A stretch of 64,000 nucleotides of DNA from Candidatus Homeothermus arabinoxylanisolvens (GTDB taxonomy: Bacteria; Bacteroidota; Bacteroidia; Bacteroidales; Muribaculaceae): positions 11,864-75,863 of the forward strand of contig LUJO01000049.1 of the NCBI GenBank assembly GCA_001689405.1, written 5' to 3'. The stretch's first letter is position 1. Each line of letters begins with the position of its first letter. Both the position numbers and the translations under genes were made by a program. The notes beneath the pieces were generated by a model. That model had not been told where the DNA came from, searched no databases, and was given only the letters and a program-made list of their open reading frames with translations. Positions 18,892 through 27,212 of this stretch are shown here, piece by piece.

Positions 18892-20034
18892 ATGAAAAAG
18901 GTGACTGTTTTAAAGTCGCTTATAATGTTTTTGGCATTGTCGGCCTTCGCTTCGTGCGGAGGCGGCAGTGCCTCTTCCGACTATTCCGGCGGCGATACGT
19001 TGGCGTTGGATTACGCACGTCTGCTGACTATTGTGGAGCATGACGGATTTACCGAGGTCACGGTCCGCAATCCGTGGGACAGTACAAGAGTATTGAATAC
19101 ATATATTCTGGTGCCGTCATCCGATCCGTTGCCCAAGCGGTTGCCTGCGGGCACTGTCGTACGCACTCCCGTATCCGCAGCCTTGATATATTCGTCGGTG
19201 CACAACAGTCTGGTTTGTGAACTTGGAGCGCCTATGGCGATTAAAGGTGTATGTGACGCGCAGTATATCCATGAACAGTTTCTTAAGAAGCGCATAGCCG
19301 ACGGAGCGGTGGCGGACTGCGGCAACAGTATGTCGCCCGACATAGAGCGCATTATAGAGCTTTCGCCCGATGCCATACTGCTGTCTCCATTTGAGAATTC
19401 GGGCGGTTACGGCAAGCTGGGACAACTCGGCATACCGATAATCGAGTGTGCCGACTACATGGAGATATCGCCGCTTGCCCGTGCCGAATGGATGCGGTTT
19501 TACGGAATGCTTTTCGGTCGTGAGGAGTACTCTGACATACTGTTCGGTCAGACGGTAAAGGAATACAATGAGCTGGCCGCTCTTGTCGATACTGTCAGCT
19601 ATCGGCCTAAGGTGCTGATTGACCGGCTTTACGGACAGTCTTGGTATGTGCCGGGAGCGGTGTCGACGATGGGACGGTTCATTGAAGATGCGGGTGGCGC
19701 GAATCCGTTTGATGAGTACAGGCGCAGCGGCAGTATCGGTCTTTCGGCCGAGGAAGTACTGTATAAGGCGCAGGATGCCGATGTATGGGCCATACGCTAT
19801 TCACAGCCGGCGGACAAGTCTATGGATGAACTTGGCCGTGATAATGCAATATACCGTGAGTTTGATGCGTTTAAGAATAAGAGGGTGTACGGTTGCAATA
19901 CCCGCAACGTGAGGTTCTATGAGGAGGTGCCGTTTCATCCGCAATGGTTGCTTAATGATCTTATAGTGCTCTGTCATCCTGAATTGTCACAGGTGAAGGG
20001 CAACAGATATTTTACGGAACTTGTTAATGAATAG
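18892..20034 (+). CDS. Periplasmic substrate-binding protein of a cobalamin/iron-siderophore type ABC transporter (BtuF-like)
   Basis: 380 aa with lipoprotein signal LSAFASC. It has a class III binding-protein pattern (PDAILLSPFENSG...) and sits in the B12 locus. Confidence 0.75.
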   Translation: MKKVTVLKSLIMFLALSAFASCGGGSASSDYSGGDTLALDYARLLTIVEHDGFTEVTVRNPWDSTRVLNTYILVPSSDPLPKRLPAGTVVRTPVSAALIYSSVHNSLVCELGAPMAIKGVCDAQYIHEQFLKKRIADGAVADCGNSMSPDIERIIELSPDAILLSPFENSGGYGKLGQLGIPIIECADYMEISPLARAEWMRFYGMLFGREEYSDILFGQTVKEYNELAALVDTVSYRPKVLIDRLYGQSWYVPGAVSTMGRFIEDAGGANPFDEYRRSGSIGLSAEEVLYKAQDADVWAIRYSQPADKSMDELGRDNAIYREFDAFKNKRVYGCNTRNVRFYEEVPFHPQWLLNDLIVLCHPELSQVKGNRYFTELVNE

Positions 20035-21046
20035 ACAGGTGGCAGTTAAGTTTGTCGTCATATCGGTATGTGTGGTTGCGCTGTTTGTGCTGACCTTGTT
20101 CATCGGGTCGGTGTCTATACCGGCGTGCGATGTGCTGCATATATTGTCAGGAGGTGACGGCGTTACTGGCGCGGTGCGGTTTATTGTATTGGGTAGCCGC
20201 TTGCCGCTTGCGCTTACTTCATTGCTTGCCGGTGCCGGACTTGCGGTATCGGGACTGATGCTTCAGACCGCTTTCCGTAATCCGTTGGCCGGACCGTCTG
20301 TATTAGGCATAAATTCCGGCGCAAGTCTCGGAGTGGCAGTCGTTATGTTGATGCTCGGCGGTTCGGTGTCGGCCGGTGCCGTTTCATTGGGCGGTTATGT
20401 GGCTGTCATGGTAGGCGCTTTCTTTGGAAGTCTTGCTATCATGGGAGTGCTTCTGCTGCTGTCGGTATGGCTGAAAAATGACCTTATGTTGCTTATTACA
20501 GGAATAATGATAGGCTATCTTGCTTCATCCGTGATAATGCTCTTGAATTTTGCAGCGACGGCCGAGGGGGTTCAGGGCTATGTCATGTGGGGTATGGGTA
20601 ATTTCAACGGTGTATCCATGACTCAGATGCCTTTATTCGCATTTATGACGCTTGCGGGCATTTTTATGGCTGTGTTGCTTATAAAACCGTTGAACATAGT
20701 ATTGCTCGGGTCGTCTTATGCCCGCAATCTCGGAGTCGACATGAAGAGTGTACGCAATCGACTGTTGCTTGCTACCGGATTATTGACATCGGTCATCACC
20801 GCCTATTGCGGGCCGGTGGCGTTTATCGGACTGGCGGTGCCTCATATCGCCCGGCTGGTTTTCCGTACCGACGACCACCGTGTGCTCATGCCCGCCACGC
20901 TGCTCATAGGCTCTCTTGTAGCCATGTCGTGCAACCTTATATCATTGCTCCCGGGGGGCGGAATACTGCCTGTAAATGCGGTTACCCCTATCATAGGCGC
21001 TCCTGTCATTCTCTACGTTATCCTCAAAGAACGCCGCCGTCGCTGA
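20027..21046 (+). CDS. FecCD-family ABC permease (BtuC-like)
   Basis: Polytopic, about 339 aa from the ATG at 20027 (the supplied ORF starts at TTG 20021). It overlaps the btuF-like stop and has FecCD-type Gly/Ala/Leu-rich helices. Confidence 0.85.
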   Translation: MNRQVAVKFVVISVCVVALFVLTLFIGSVSIPACDVLHILSGGDGVTGAVRFIVLGSRLPLALTSLLAGAGLAVSGLMLQTAFRNPLAGPSVLGINSGASLGVAVVMLMLGGSVSAGAVSLGGYVAVMVGAFFGSLAIMGVLLLLSVWLKNDLMLLITGIMIGYLASSVIMLLNFAATAEGVQGYVMWGMGNFNGVSMTQMPLFAFMTLAGIFMAVLLIKPLNIVLLGSSYARNLGVDMKSVRNRLLLATGLLTSVITAYCGPVAFIGLAVPHIARLVFRTDDHRVLMPATLLIGSLVAMSCNLISLLPGGGILPVNAVTPIIGAPVILYVILKERRRR

Positions 21047-21080
21047 TGTGTCCCATCTTATACATCTTATAGTTGCGAGG

Positions 21081-22871
21081 CTATTCTTTTTCCGAGAGTT
21101 CGAGCCAACGCAACTCTTTTTCGTCAAGTAGGGCTTTTACCTCTTCGTAACGAGCTGATTTCTCAATAATGTCATTGACCACTTCTCCGCCATTGAACAG
21201 CGCTTCAAGTGTTGACTTCTCGTTGTTGAGCTGCTCTATCTCTGCTGTAAGCTGCTCAAATTCGCGCCGTTCTTTAAATGTCATTCTTGCTTCGTTGCGT
21301 TCACGACGCGGTTTTGTCTTTGTATCTGCGCTTTTAGCGGCCGGAGCCTGTTTTTCAGATTGCTCCGCAATCCAAGCCCTGTAGTCGCTGTATCCTCCCG
21401 GGAAATCTTTTATCACGCCGTTGCCTTCAAATACAAAAAGATGGTCCACTATGCTGTCGAGGAAGAAACGGTCATGACTTACCACGATGAGGCATCCGTT
21501 GAAGTTACGCAGATAGTCCTCAAGTATGCCAAGTGTCACAATATCCAAGTCGTTGGTCGGTTCGTCGAGCACAAGGAAGTTGGGCGAACGCATAAGCACA
21601 GCGGCAAGATGCAGACGGGCACGCTCGCCTCCGCTTAAAGTGCATATGTATTTTTGCTGGTCGGCAGGCGAAAACAGAAAGTGCGTAAGAAACTGCATAG
21701 GGGAGTAGCGGACGTCACCGTTTACGACTATGTCTTCCGCTATTTCCGTGATGGCGTCAATAACCTTCTTATTCTCGTCAAACGATATGCCCTCCTGACT
21801 ATAATAGCCGAAACGCACCGTATCGCCTATATTCCACTCGCCGCTGTCGGGATTGATAATACCCTGAAGCATCTTTATGAATGTGGATTTGCCTACCCCG
21901 TTAGGGCCTATTATGCCGACTTTCTCGTAGCGGGCAAACGTGTAAGTGAAGTCATCGAGAATAATCTTGTCGCCAAACCGTTTGCTGACGCCTCGCGCCT
22001 CAAATATTTTGGAGCCTATGTAGGATGACTTGACATTGAGCCTTACGTTGTCCTCCGACAGATTTACCTTCGAGCGGTTTTTCAGGTCATAGAACGCATC
22101 GATACGGTATTTTGCCTTACCCGCACGGGCCTGAGGCTGGCGTCGCATCCATTCCTGCTCTTTGCGCAGTGTGTTTTTTACTTTGGCAAGTTCCGCGCTC
22201 ATGGCTTCTATGCGTTCCTGTCTGCGTCGCAGATAGTAGTCGTAGTTGCCTTCGTAGGTGTATATGCTTTCGCGGTCGATCTCGATTATTTTGTTTGTGA
22301 CGTGATCGAGAAAATATCGGTCATGAGTAACCATAAGCAGGGTTACGCGTGAGCGGGTCAGGTAGTTTTCAATCCATTCGATTACCTTTATGTCGAGGTG
22401 GTTGGTGGGCTCGTCGAGTATTATCAAATCAGGATTGCCGAGTATGACTTTTGCGAGAGCCACGCGCTTGGATTGCCCGCCCGACATGGTCGATATCGGA
22501 GTGTCGGCGTCTTCTATTCCGAGTTGTGTCAGCATCTGGCGTGCACGGTCTTCATAGTTCCATGCGTCATGTTCATCGACGTGGAGTTTTTCTGTATCGC
22601 GCATACAGTAGCCGAGGGCGGTGTCGCCTTCTTGAAAGACGGGTGTCTGATCCAGTATACCTACACGTAGTCCCAGCCTGAAGGTTATATTGCCGGAGTC
22701 AGGACTCTCTTTGCCCGCAATTATGTTGAGCAGGGTTGATTTTCCGGTACCGTTTTTAGCTATGATACCGATTTTGTCGCCCTCGTATACCCCGAACGTG
22801 ACGTCACGGAATAACATGCGGTCGCCGTAGCTTTTTGTCAGATTTTCAACCTGCAGATAACTTGTCGCCAT
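21081..22871 (-). CDS. ABC-F family ATPase (tandem ABC domains, no membrane domain)
   Basis: 596 aa with two Walker A loops (GIIAKNGTGKST, GIIGPNGVGKST) and two signature motifs (MSGGQSKR, LSGGERAR). It has a charged coiled C-terminal tail. Confidence 0.9.
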   Translation of the reverse strand: MATSYLQVENLTKSYGDRMLFRDVTFGVYEGDKIGIIAKNGTGKSTLLNIIAGKESPDSGNITFRLGLRVGILDQTPVFQEGDTALGYCMRDTEKLHVDEHDAWNYEDRARQMLTQLGIEDADTPISTMSGGQSKRVALAKVILGNPDLIILDEPTNHLDIKVIEWIENYLTRSRVTLLMVTHDRYFLDHVTNKIIEIDRESIYTYEGNYDYYLRRRQERIEAMSAELAKVKNTLRKEQEWMRRQPQARAGKAKYRIDAFYDLKNRSKVNLSEDNVRLNVKSSYIGSKIFEARGVSKRFGDKIILDDFTYTFARYEKVGIIGPNGVGKSTFIKMLQGIINPDSGEWNIGDTVRFGYYSQEGISFDENKKVIDAITEIAEDIVVNGDVRYSPMQFLTHFLFSPADQQKYICTLSGGERARLHLAAVLMRSPNFLVLDEPTNDLDIVTLGILEDYLRNFNGCLIVVSHDRFFLDSIVDHLFVFEGNGVIKDFPGGYSDYRAWIAEQSEKQAPAAKSADTKTKPRRERNEARMTFKERREFEQLTAEIEQLNNEKSTLEALFNGGEVVNDIIEKSARYEEVKALLDEKELRWLELSEKE

Positions 22872-22887
22872 AAATGGATATTTTGTA

Positions 22888-22895
22888 CAAACTTA
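22888..22895 (-). promoter_or_regulatory. Candidate -7 promoter box for the ABC-F gene
   Basis: CAAACTTA on the + strand equals TAAGTTTG on the - strand, 17 nt upstream of the ATG at 22871. Confidence 0.3.
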
Positions 22896-22903
22896 CGGAA
22901 AAT

Positions 22904-23644
22904 CTACCGAACAGGCAATATCTGTTTTTTGTACTGCCTACGCATGAGGCGTAGAGCGTCGCGTTTGTCTTTGCTCATCTTTTCAGTGGCGTAGCTGAGA
23001 GTTACCGACGACATGCGATGTATGTTTATATTGATGTAATCAACAAGTCGGGTCATGTCTTTTTTGCCTACTTCCCGCAGCACCCATCCGACAGCTTTCT
23101 GCATAAGATTATGTGGGTGCTCAAGAAGCATGTCGGCCACGCTTAACGGCAGGTCGAGTATGCCCAGTCTTACCGGTGTAAGCATAGCTACCATGGCTAC
23201 ACGCTGACGCCAGAGGTTGTCAGAGTTGATAAGACTGTCGAGCTCGTCAAGCCGGCGCCCTTCGGCATACTCGACGCCGAGTATGTATTCCGTGCTTAAG
23301 TCCACAAGATCCCAGTTGTTGGCTTTATGGCAATTGGCCATATAGAAGTCGGCTATCTCTTCTTTTAATGACGATGAGGATTTCCGGTATTTTTCCACAA
23401 GAGCAAGGAAGCCCGCCAGACGGAATTCATGGATAGGGCTGTCGAGCATTTTACCGATTTCGTGAAGAGGCAGTACTGCGTAACCTTTCGAAATCTTACG
23501 GTTGTCGGGTACATATATGCCTATGAAAATGTCGCCTTCGCCGTATTCGCCCCGGCCGGTCTTGAAAAAACGCATAAGGTCGGGTATCTTCTCGCTATGG
23601 GCTACACGTTGTAGCTCTTCCTGCCATGTTTCGATAGTTTTCAT
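22904..23644 (-). CDS. DNA alkylation repair protein (AlkD-like HEAT-repeat family)
   Basis: 246 aa. The N-terminal pattern ...MRFFKTGRGEYGEGDIFIGIYVPDNRKI... and the helical repeats are typical of the family. Confidence 0.75.
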   Translation of the reverse strand: MKTIETWQEELQRVAHSEKIPDLMRFFKTGRGEYGEGDIFIGIYVPDNRKISKGYAVLPLHEIGKMLDSPIHEFRLAGFLALVEKYRKSSSSLKEEIADFYMANCHKANNWDLVDLSTEYILGVEYAEGRRLDELDSLINSDNLWRQRVAMVAMLTPVRLGILDLPLSVADMLLEHPHNLMQKAVGWVLREVGKKDMTRLVDYININIHRMSSVTLSYATEKMSKDKRDALRLMRRQYKKQILPVR

Positions 23645-23669
23645 TATGCAAATATATGGAAAATATGTC

Positions 23670-23677
23670 TACATTTG
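23670..23677 (+). promoter_or_regulatory. Candidate -7 promoter box for the PAP2 gene
   Basis: TACATTTG matches TAnnTTTG, 11 nt upstream of the ATG at 23688. Confidence 0.35.
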
Positions 23678-23687
23678 CATGTAAATT

Positions 23688-24638
23688 ATGCGTATGAAGT
23701 TAAAATATATTCTATTATCCGTATTGGCATTTGTGGTGATGCCGTTACATGGAGTTGAACCTGTCGATAGCCTCCCGCAAAACCGCATGTCGTTGAAGAA
23801 TGTGGTTCAGGCCGGTACGGCTTTTGCGGTTAACGTCGGCATTACCGAGGTGCTTAAACATGTGGTGACTGAAAGGCGTCCTGATAAGTCAGGCGATGAC
23901 TCCTTTCCGAGTCGTCATACGTCATGGGCTTACAACCTCGGCTTTATAGGAGGCCGTGAGCTTTATCGCTTTTCCCCGTGGTCGGTGCCTGCGTTTCATG
24001 CTGTGGCTTCAGCTGTAGGTATGCAGCGTGTAATGGCGCGGCGTCATCATCCGCACGATGTTTTGGCCGGAGCCGCCATCGGTGTTGCCACGGCGGAGCT
24101 CGGCTATTGGCTCGGCGGACTTTTCTTTCCCGATACTCGCATATGCCTGCCCAAAGTTGATTATGAGCGCCTTGCATCTTTTGACTATGCGACGGTGGCG
24201 TTATTCCCTTTATCGGATATAGGGGAGGGGTTGTCGCTGCGTACCGGATTTTCAGCAAAGGCACGTGTCGTATGTCCGTTAAATGACCGTATCGGATTAC
24301 TCGGCGCGTTGAAGATGCAGTCATTGCCTGTTTATAGATCCGGCGAATTTTTCGGACTTCTTGATGCGGCGGGGTTATCGGTAGGTACATCCTACGGTAT
24401 GCCTGTGTGCGGGAGGTGGGGCGCTGAAGGCGATGTCAGTATCGGCGTTTCCCGCGTATGGGGACAGGGTGAGTATACATGTGGCCGGTGGGCTTTTGAT
24501 TGCGATGCTACGATTGCTTTTCCTTGCCGTATTGATGACAGACTTATATTGGGACCTCGCGCCGGTTATAGCGTTATGGTAATGTCAAAAGCTGTATCAA
24601 TGCTTACTTTATCGTTTTTTACTCAAATTGCATTTTGA
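23688..24638 (+). CDS. PAP2-family phosphatase with a beta-rich C-terminal extension
   Basis: 316 aa carrying the three PAP2 motifs (KHVVTERRP, PSRHTS, ARRHHPHD). The last ~165 aa are strand-like and end ...LSFFTQIAF. Confidence 0.8.
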   Translation: MRMKLKYILLSVLAFVVMPLHGVEPVDSLPQNRMSLKNVVQAGTAFAVNVGITEVLKHVVTERRPDKSGDDSFPSRHTSWAYNLGFIGGRELYRFSPWSVPAFHAVASAVGMQRVMARRHHPHDVLAGAAIGVATAELGYWLGGLFFPDTRICLPKVDYERLASFDYATVALFPLSDIGEGLSLRTGFSAKARVVCPLNDRIGLLGALKMQSLPVYRSGEFFGLLDAAGLSVGTSYGMPVCGRWGAEGDVSIGVSRVWGQGEYTCGRWAFDCDATIAFPCRIDDRLILGPRAGYSVMVMSKAVSMLTLSFFTQIAF

Positions 24639-24738
24639 TATGGGTTGTACTGACCGTCGGAAGGTCTGCTATAGGTCGCTGTTGATAAAACGTCAGAAAT
24701 TATTGAGCTAAAAATTTTGACAAGTCGAAAACATTGCA

Positions 24739-24746
24739 TAACTTTG
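24739..24746 (+). promoter_or_regulatory. Candidate promoter for tRNA-Ser
   Basis: TAACTTTG with a TTTG at 24716-24719 (19-nt spacing), 30 nt upstream of the tRNA 5' end. Confidence 0.45.
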
Positions 24747-24775
24747 CACCGCTAAGTCAGAAAAGACCCACGCAA

Positions 24776-24865
24776 GGAGAGGTGGGTGAGTGGCTGAAAC
24801 CACCAGTTTGCTAAACTGACGTAGGAGCAATCCTACCACGAGTTCGAATCTCGTCCTCTCCGCCA
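24776..24865 (+). tRNA. tRNA-Ser (anticodon GCT), CCA encoded
   Basis: Hand-folded cloverleaf: acceptor GGAGAGG/CCTCTCC and anticodon loop TTGCTAA. It has a long variable arm GTAGGA-GCAA-TCCTAC and T arm ACGAG-TTCGAAT-CTCGT. Confidence 0.9.
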
Positions 24866-24871
24866 ATCTTT

Positions 24872-24900
24872 AACCCGCTGAAATTCAGCGGGTTTCCTTT
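24872..24900 (+). terminator. Rho-independent terminator after tRNA-Ser
   Basis: 9-bp stem AACCCGCTG / CAGCGGGTT with a 5-nt loop, followed by a T-rich tail. Confidence 0.7.
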
Positions 24901-24924
24901 TGCCCGAAAAATCCGTCGACCCCG

Positions 24925-24955
24925 GATTGGTAGGGGCGCCAGTAGTACGGCGCTC
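24925..24955 (+). repeat. REP-like element (GTAG + palindrome), left copy of a 29-nt perfect inverted repeat
   Basis: GATTG GTAG GGGCGCC agtagtac GGCGCTC. Positions 24925-24953 are the exact reverse complement of 31932-31960. Confidence 0.8.
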
Positions 24956-25016
24956 GCGAATCAGAAAAGGTTTTCCATACTTTGCCCATACAATTCGACG
25001 CATATTAACTTTGTAT

Positions 25017-25412
25017 ATGGAAACAGCTGTTTGTATTCATAACGAATCTGAATATACTGAAATATTGCAACAAGCTGTTGCAGTAATAGAAACCGCGCGA
25101 GGCAATGCCGCTCGTGCCATTGTAAGCACATCGAATGATATGTACTGGCGGATAGGTCAACTATTATATGAGCGTAAGCTCGACAGCAAACACGGAGCCG
25201 GTGTTGTGACAAAGCTATCATCAGACCTCAAAGCTGCCTATCCAAAGATGGGAATGTCGGTGAGCAACTTATGGAATATGAAGCGTTTGTACGTGCGCTT
25301 TCATAACTCAGACCCAAAACTACAACAAGCTGTTGTAGTTTTGCCGTGGGGACATATCAATCATCTCATTACGAAATTTTGTTGTAACTTCGTATATGGC
25401 AACACTCTATAA
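25017..25412 (+). pseudogene. Truncated DUF1016 (YhcG-like) gene, N-terminal portion only
   Basis: The ATG at 25017 gives 131 aa (METAVCIHNESEY...MYWRIGQLL...LSNLWNMKRLY...LPWGH), which matches DUF1016 N-terminal regions. Family members as I recall them are about 340-380 aa, and this reading frame ends just after WGH. Confidence 0.55.
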
Positions 25413-25502
25413 GATATTGATTCTATGTGTTGGCTTTGCTCTCTCCAATAACTTCAGGGCGCAAAGTCGGATATCTGTATTCACCCTAAAATTCTATGCG
25501 TT

Positions 25503-26654
25503 ATGAAGACCTTAATCTTTCTTGTTGCAACGTCGTTTTTGTTACTGACTTTTGTGTCATGCACTGTAGGATATAAAAACGATGGTAAAGAAGTGACATG
25601 GCACACATGGAACGAGGGCAGCGGGCACAATTCACAAAAGGTTGATGCTGACCCCGAAACATTTGAGATATTGAACGATGATTATGGCCGTGACAAAACG
25701 CACGCTTTCTATCGGGGCGATATGATAAAAGGAGCTGAAGGACAATCATTCCGAGTTCTTGAAAAAGGTTATGCTGTTGATAAGTTTAATGTATATGATG
25801 AGGGGGAGGTGATGAAAGGAGTTGACCCGACCTCTTTCAAGATTCATTCTTATGAGTTGACCGAAGATAAAAAGGATTTTTATAACAATGGCAAGGCACT
25901 AAATGTAAGAGATAAATCATCATTCGAAATTTTGAAAGATAAATCAGGTAAAAACACAAGTTGGGGAAAAGATAAGAATAATGGGTATTATCTGAATGGA
26001 ACGGTTATTCCAAATATTGATTATGCCACATTTCATCCCTTAGAAGCTGAAAGACCAATACAATCAGGGTGCTACGCCGCTGATAAATATAGAGTATTCT
26101 TTATGGGAAACGAGATTCCGGGCGCTGATCCGGCGACATTCAGGGAGGTGGATTTTTATATCGGACAAGATAAGCATAGAGCTTACCAAAAAGGGAAACC
26201 GACGCAGATAAAGGATTACACTAAACTTACTCAAATAGGGAGATTGATGTATTCTGACGGGACACATATTTACGATTCACATTTTAATGTTCTTCCAGAA
26301 GCAGATGTCGCAACATTCGAGCATATTTCCGACAATTGGTATAAAGATGCATCACACGTATGGTGGAGCAATAAATTAGTTAACGGTGCAAATCCAACGA
26401 CATTCCGACCGGTACCGGTTTCATCATATTATTCCGGGAATAAAGGAGCTATGGGAGGCGATTTCAATTATGGAAAAGATGACAAGCATGTATTTTGGAA
26501 TGATTCTATAATTCTCGGTGCCGATGCAGCCAGTTTTGAAAAGATAGATTTCCCGGATGGTGACAGTTGGACTGTATTCGACCTAAACCGAGTATATCAA
26601 GGTAAGGATTCTCCGAAACTTAGAGAATACCTGAAAAAGAAATACGGCAGATAG
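25503..26654 (+). CDS. DKNYY-family repeat lipoprotein
   Basis: 383 aa with lipobox LTFVSC. It has repeated modules of the type D...H.FY.G..I.GADP.TF. and markedly lower G+C than the flanks. Confidence 0.65.
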   Translation: MKTLIFLVATSFLLLTFVSCTVGYKNDGKEVTWHTWNEGSGHNSQKVDADPETFEILNDDYGRDKTHAFYRGDMIKGAEGQSFRVLEKGYAVDKFNVYDEGEVMKGVDPTSFKIHSYELTEDKKDFYNNGKALNVRDKSSFEILKDKSGKNTSWGKDKNNGYYLNGTVIPNIDYATFHPLEAERPIQSGCYAADKYRVFFMGNEIPGADPATFREVDFYIGQDKHRAYQKGKPTQIKDYTKLTQIGRLMYSDGTHIYDSHFNVLPEADVATFEHISDNWYKDASHVWWSNKLVNGANPTTFRPVPVSSYYSGNKGAMGGDFNYGKDDKHVFWNDSIILGADAASFEKIDFPDGDSWTVFDLNRVYQGKDSPKLREYLKKKYGR

Positions 26655-26863
26655 TTCAGATTGGTAAATTCTTCATTACTCCCACAATTACATTTCCCAA
26701 ATAGACAAAAGGATAAATAGTCACTTGAAGTCATTGGTATAGATGGATTTGCCTGTTAAAAAATGAGGCATTAAAAATCACAGAAGAATATTATTACTCA
26801 AATAAGCCCATTCATATTATAAGATTAAACTGTATTCGTTACCGCATAATCGCCGGGATTTAT

Positions 26864-26871
26864 TAAATTTG
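26864..26871 (+). promoter_or_regulatory. Candidate -7 promoter box
   Basis: TAAATTTG matches TAnnTTTG, 56 nt upstream of the ATG at 26927. Confidence 0.4.
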
Positions 26872-26926
26872 CACGTAAACGGTCTCTGAACGACAGGAAC
26901 CGACAAACTATTTTAAATATGCGCAT

Positions 26927-27187
26927 ATGGACAGGAAAGAACTTAAAAAGCTATATAATACTCCGGCAAATCTAAGGTTAAAGCGTATCGCTCTTTGCGT
27001 TATAGGAGTAGCTGTTGCCATTCTGATCAGTATGATATTCTTGGCGGATAAGGTATCATGGCAATTATGGTACTTCATGCGCGGTTGTGCCGGGGCATTG
27101 GCAATCATATTTGTTATTATAGTGACAATTCTTGTCTATCGTGTGAACCGCGCTTATATATCCGGGAACCGGCGCGATAAAAAATGA
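26927..27187 (+). CDS. Small membrane protein (two predicted TM helices)
   Basis: 86-aa ORF with two hydrophobic helices (IALCVIGVAVAILISMIFL, GALAIIFVIIVTILVY) and basic ends. It ends 25 nt before the regulator gene. Confidence 0.45.
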   Translation: MDRKELKKLYNTPANLRLKRIALCVIGVAVAILISMIFLADKVSWQLWYFMRGCAGALAIIFVIIVTILVYRVNRAYISGNRRDKK

Positions 27188-27212
27188 TGCATCCGCTTTT
27201 AAACCACAAATA

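Noticed and set aside
21081-22871. ABC-F protein as the missing B12 importer ATPase or as an antibiotic-resistance ARE protein
   Set aside because: It is a tandem-ABC soluble protein, convergent to the btu genes, and ABC-F proteins act on ribosomes. Housekeeping and resistance subfamilies cannot be told apart by eye.
24776-27212. Integrative element inserted into tRNA-Ser
   Set aside because: There is no integrase or excisionase gene, and I could not find a direct repeat of the tRNA 3' end downstream. Only the compositional break and the truncated gene are reported.
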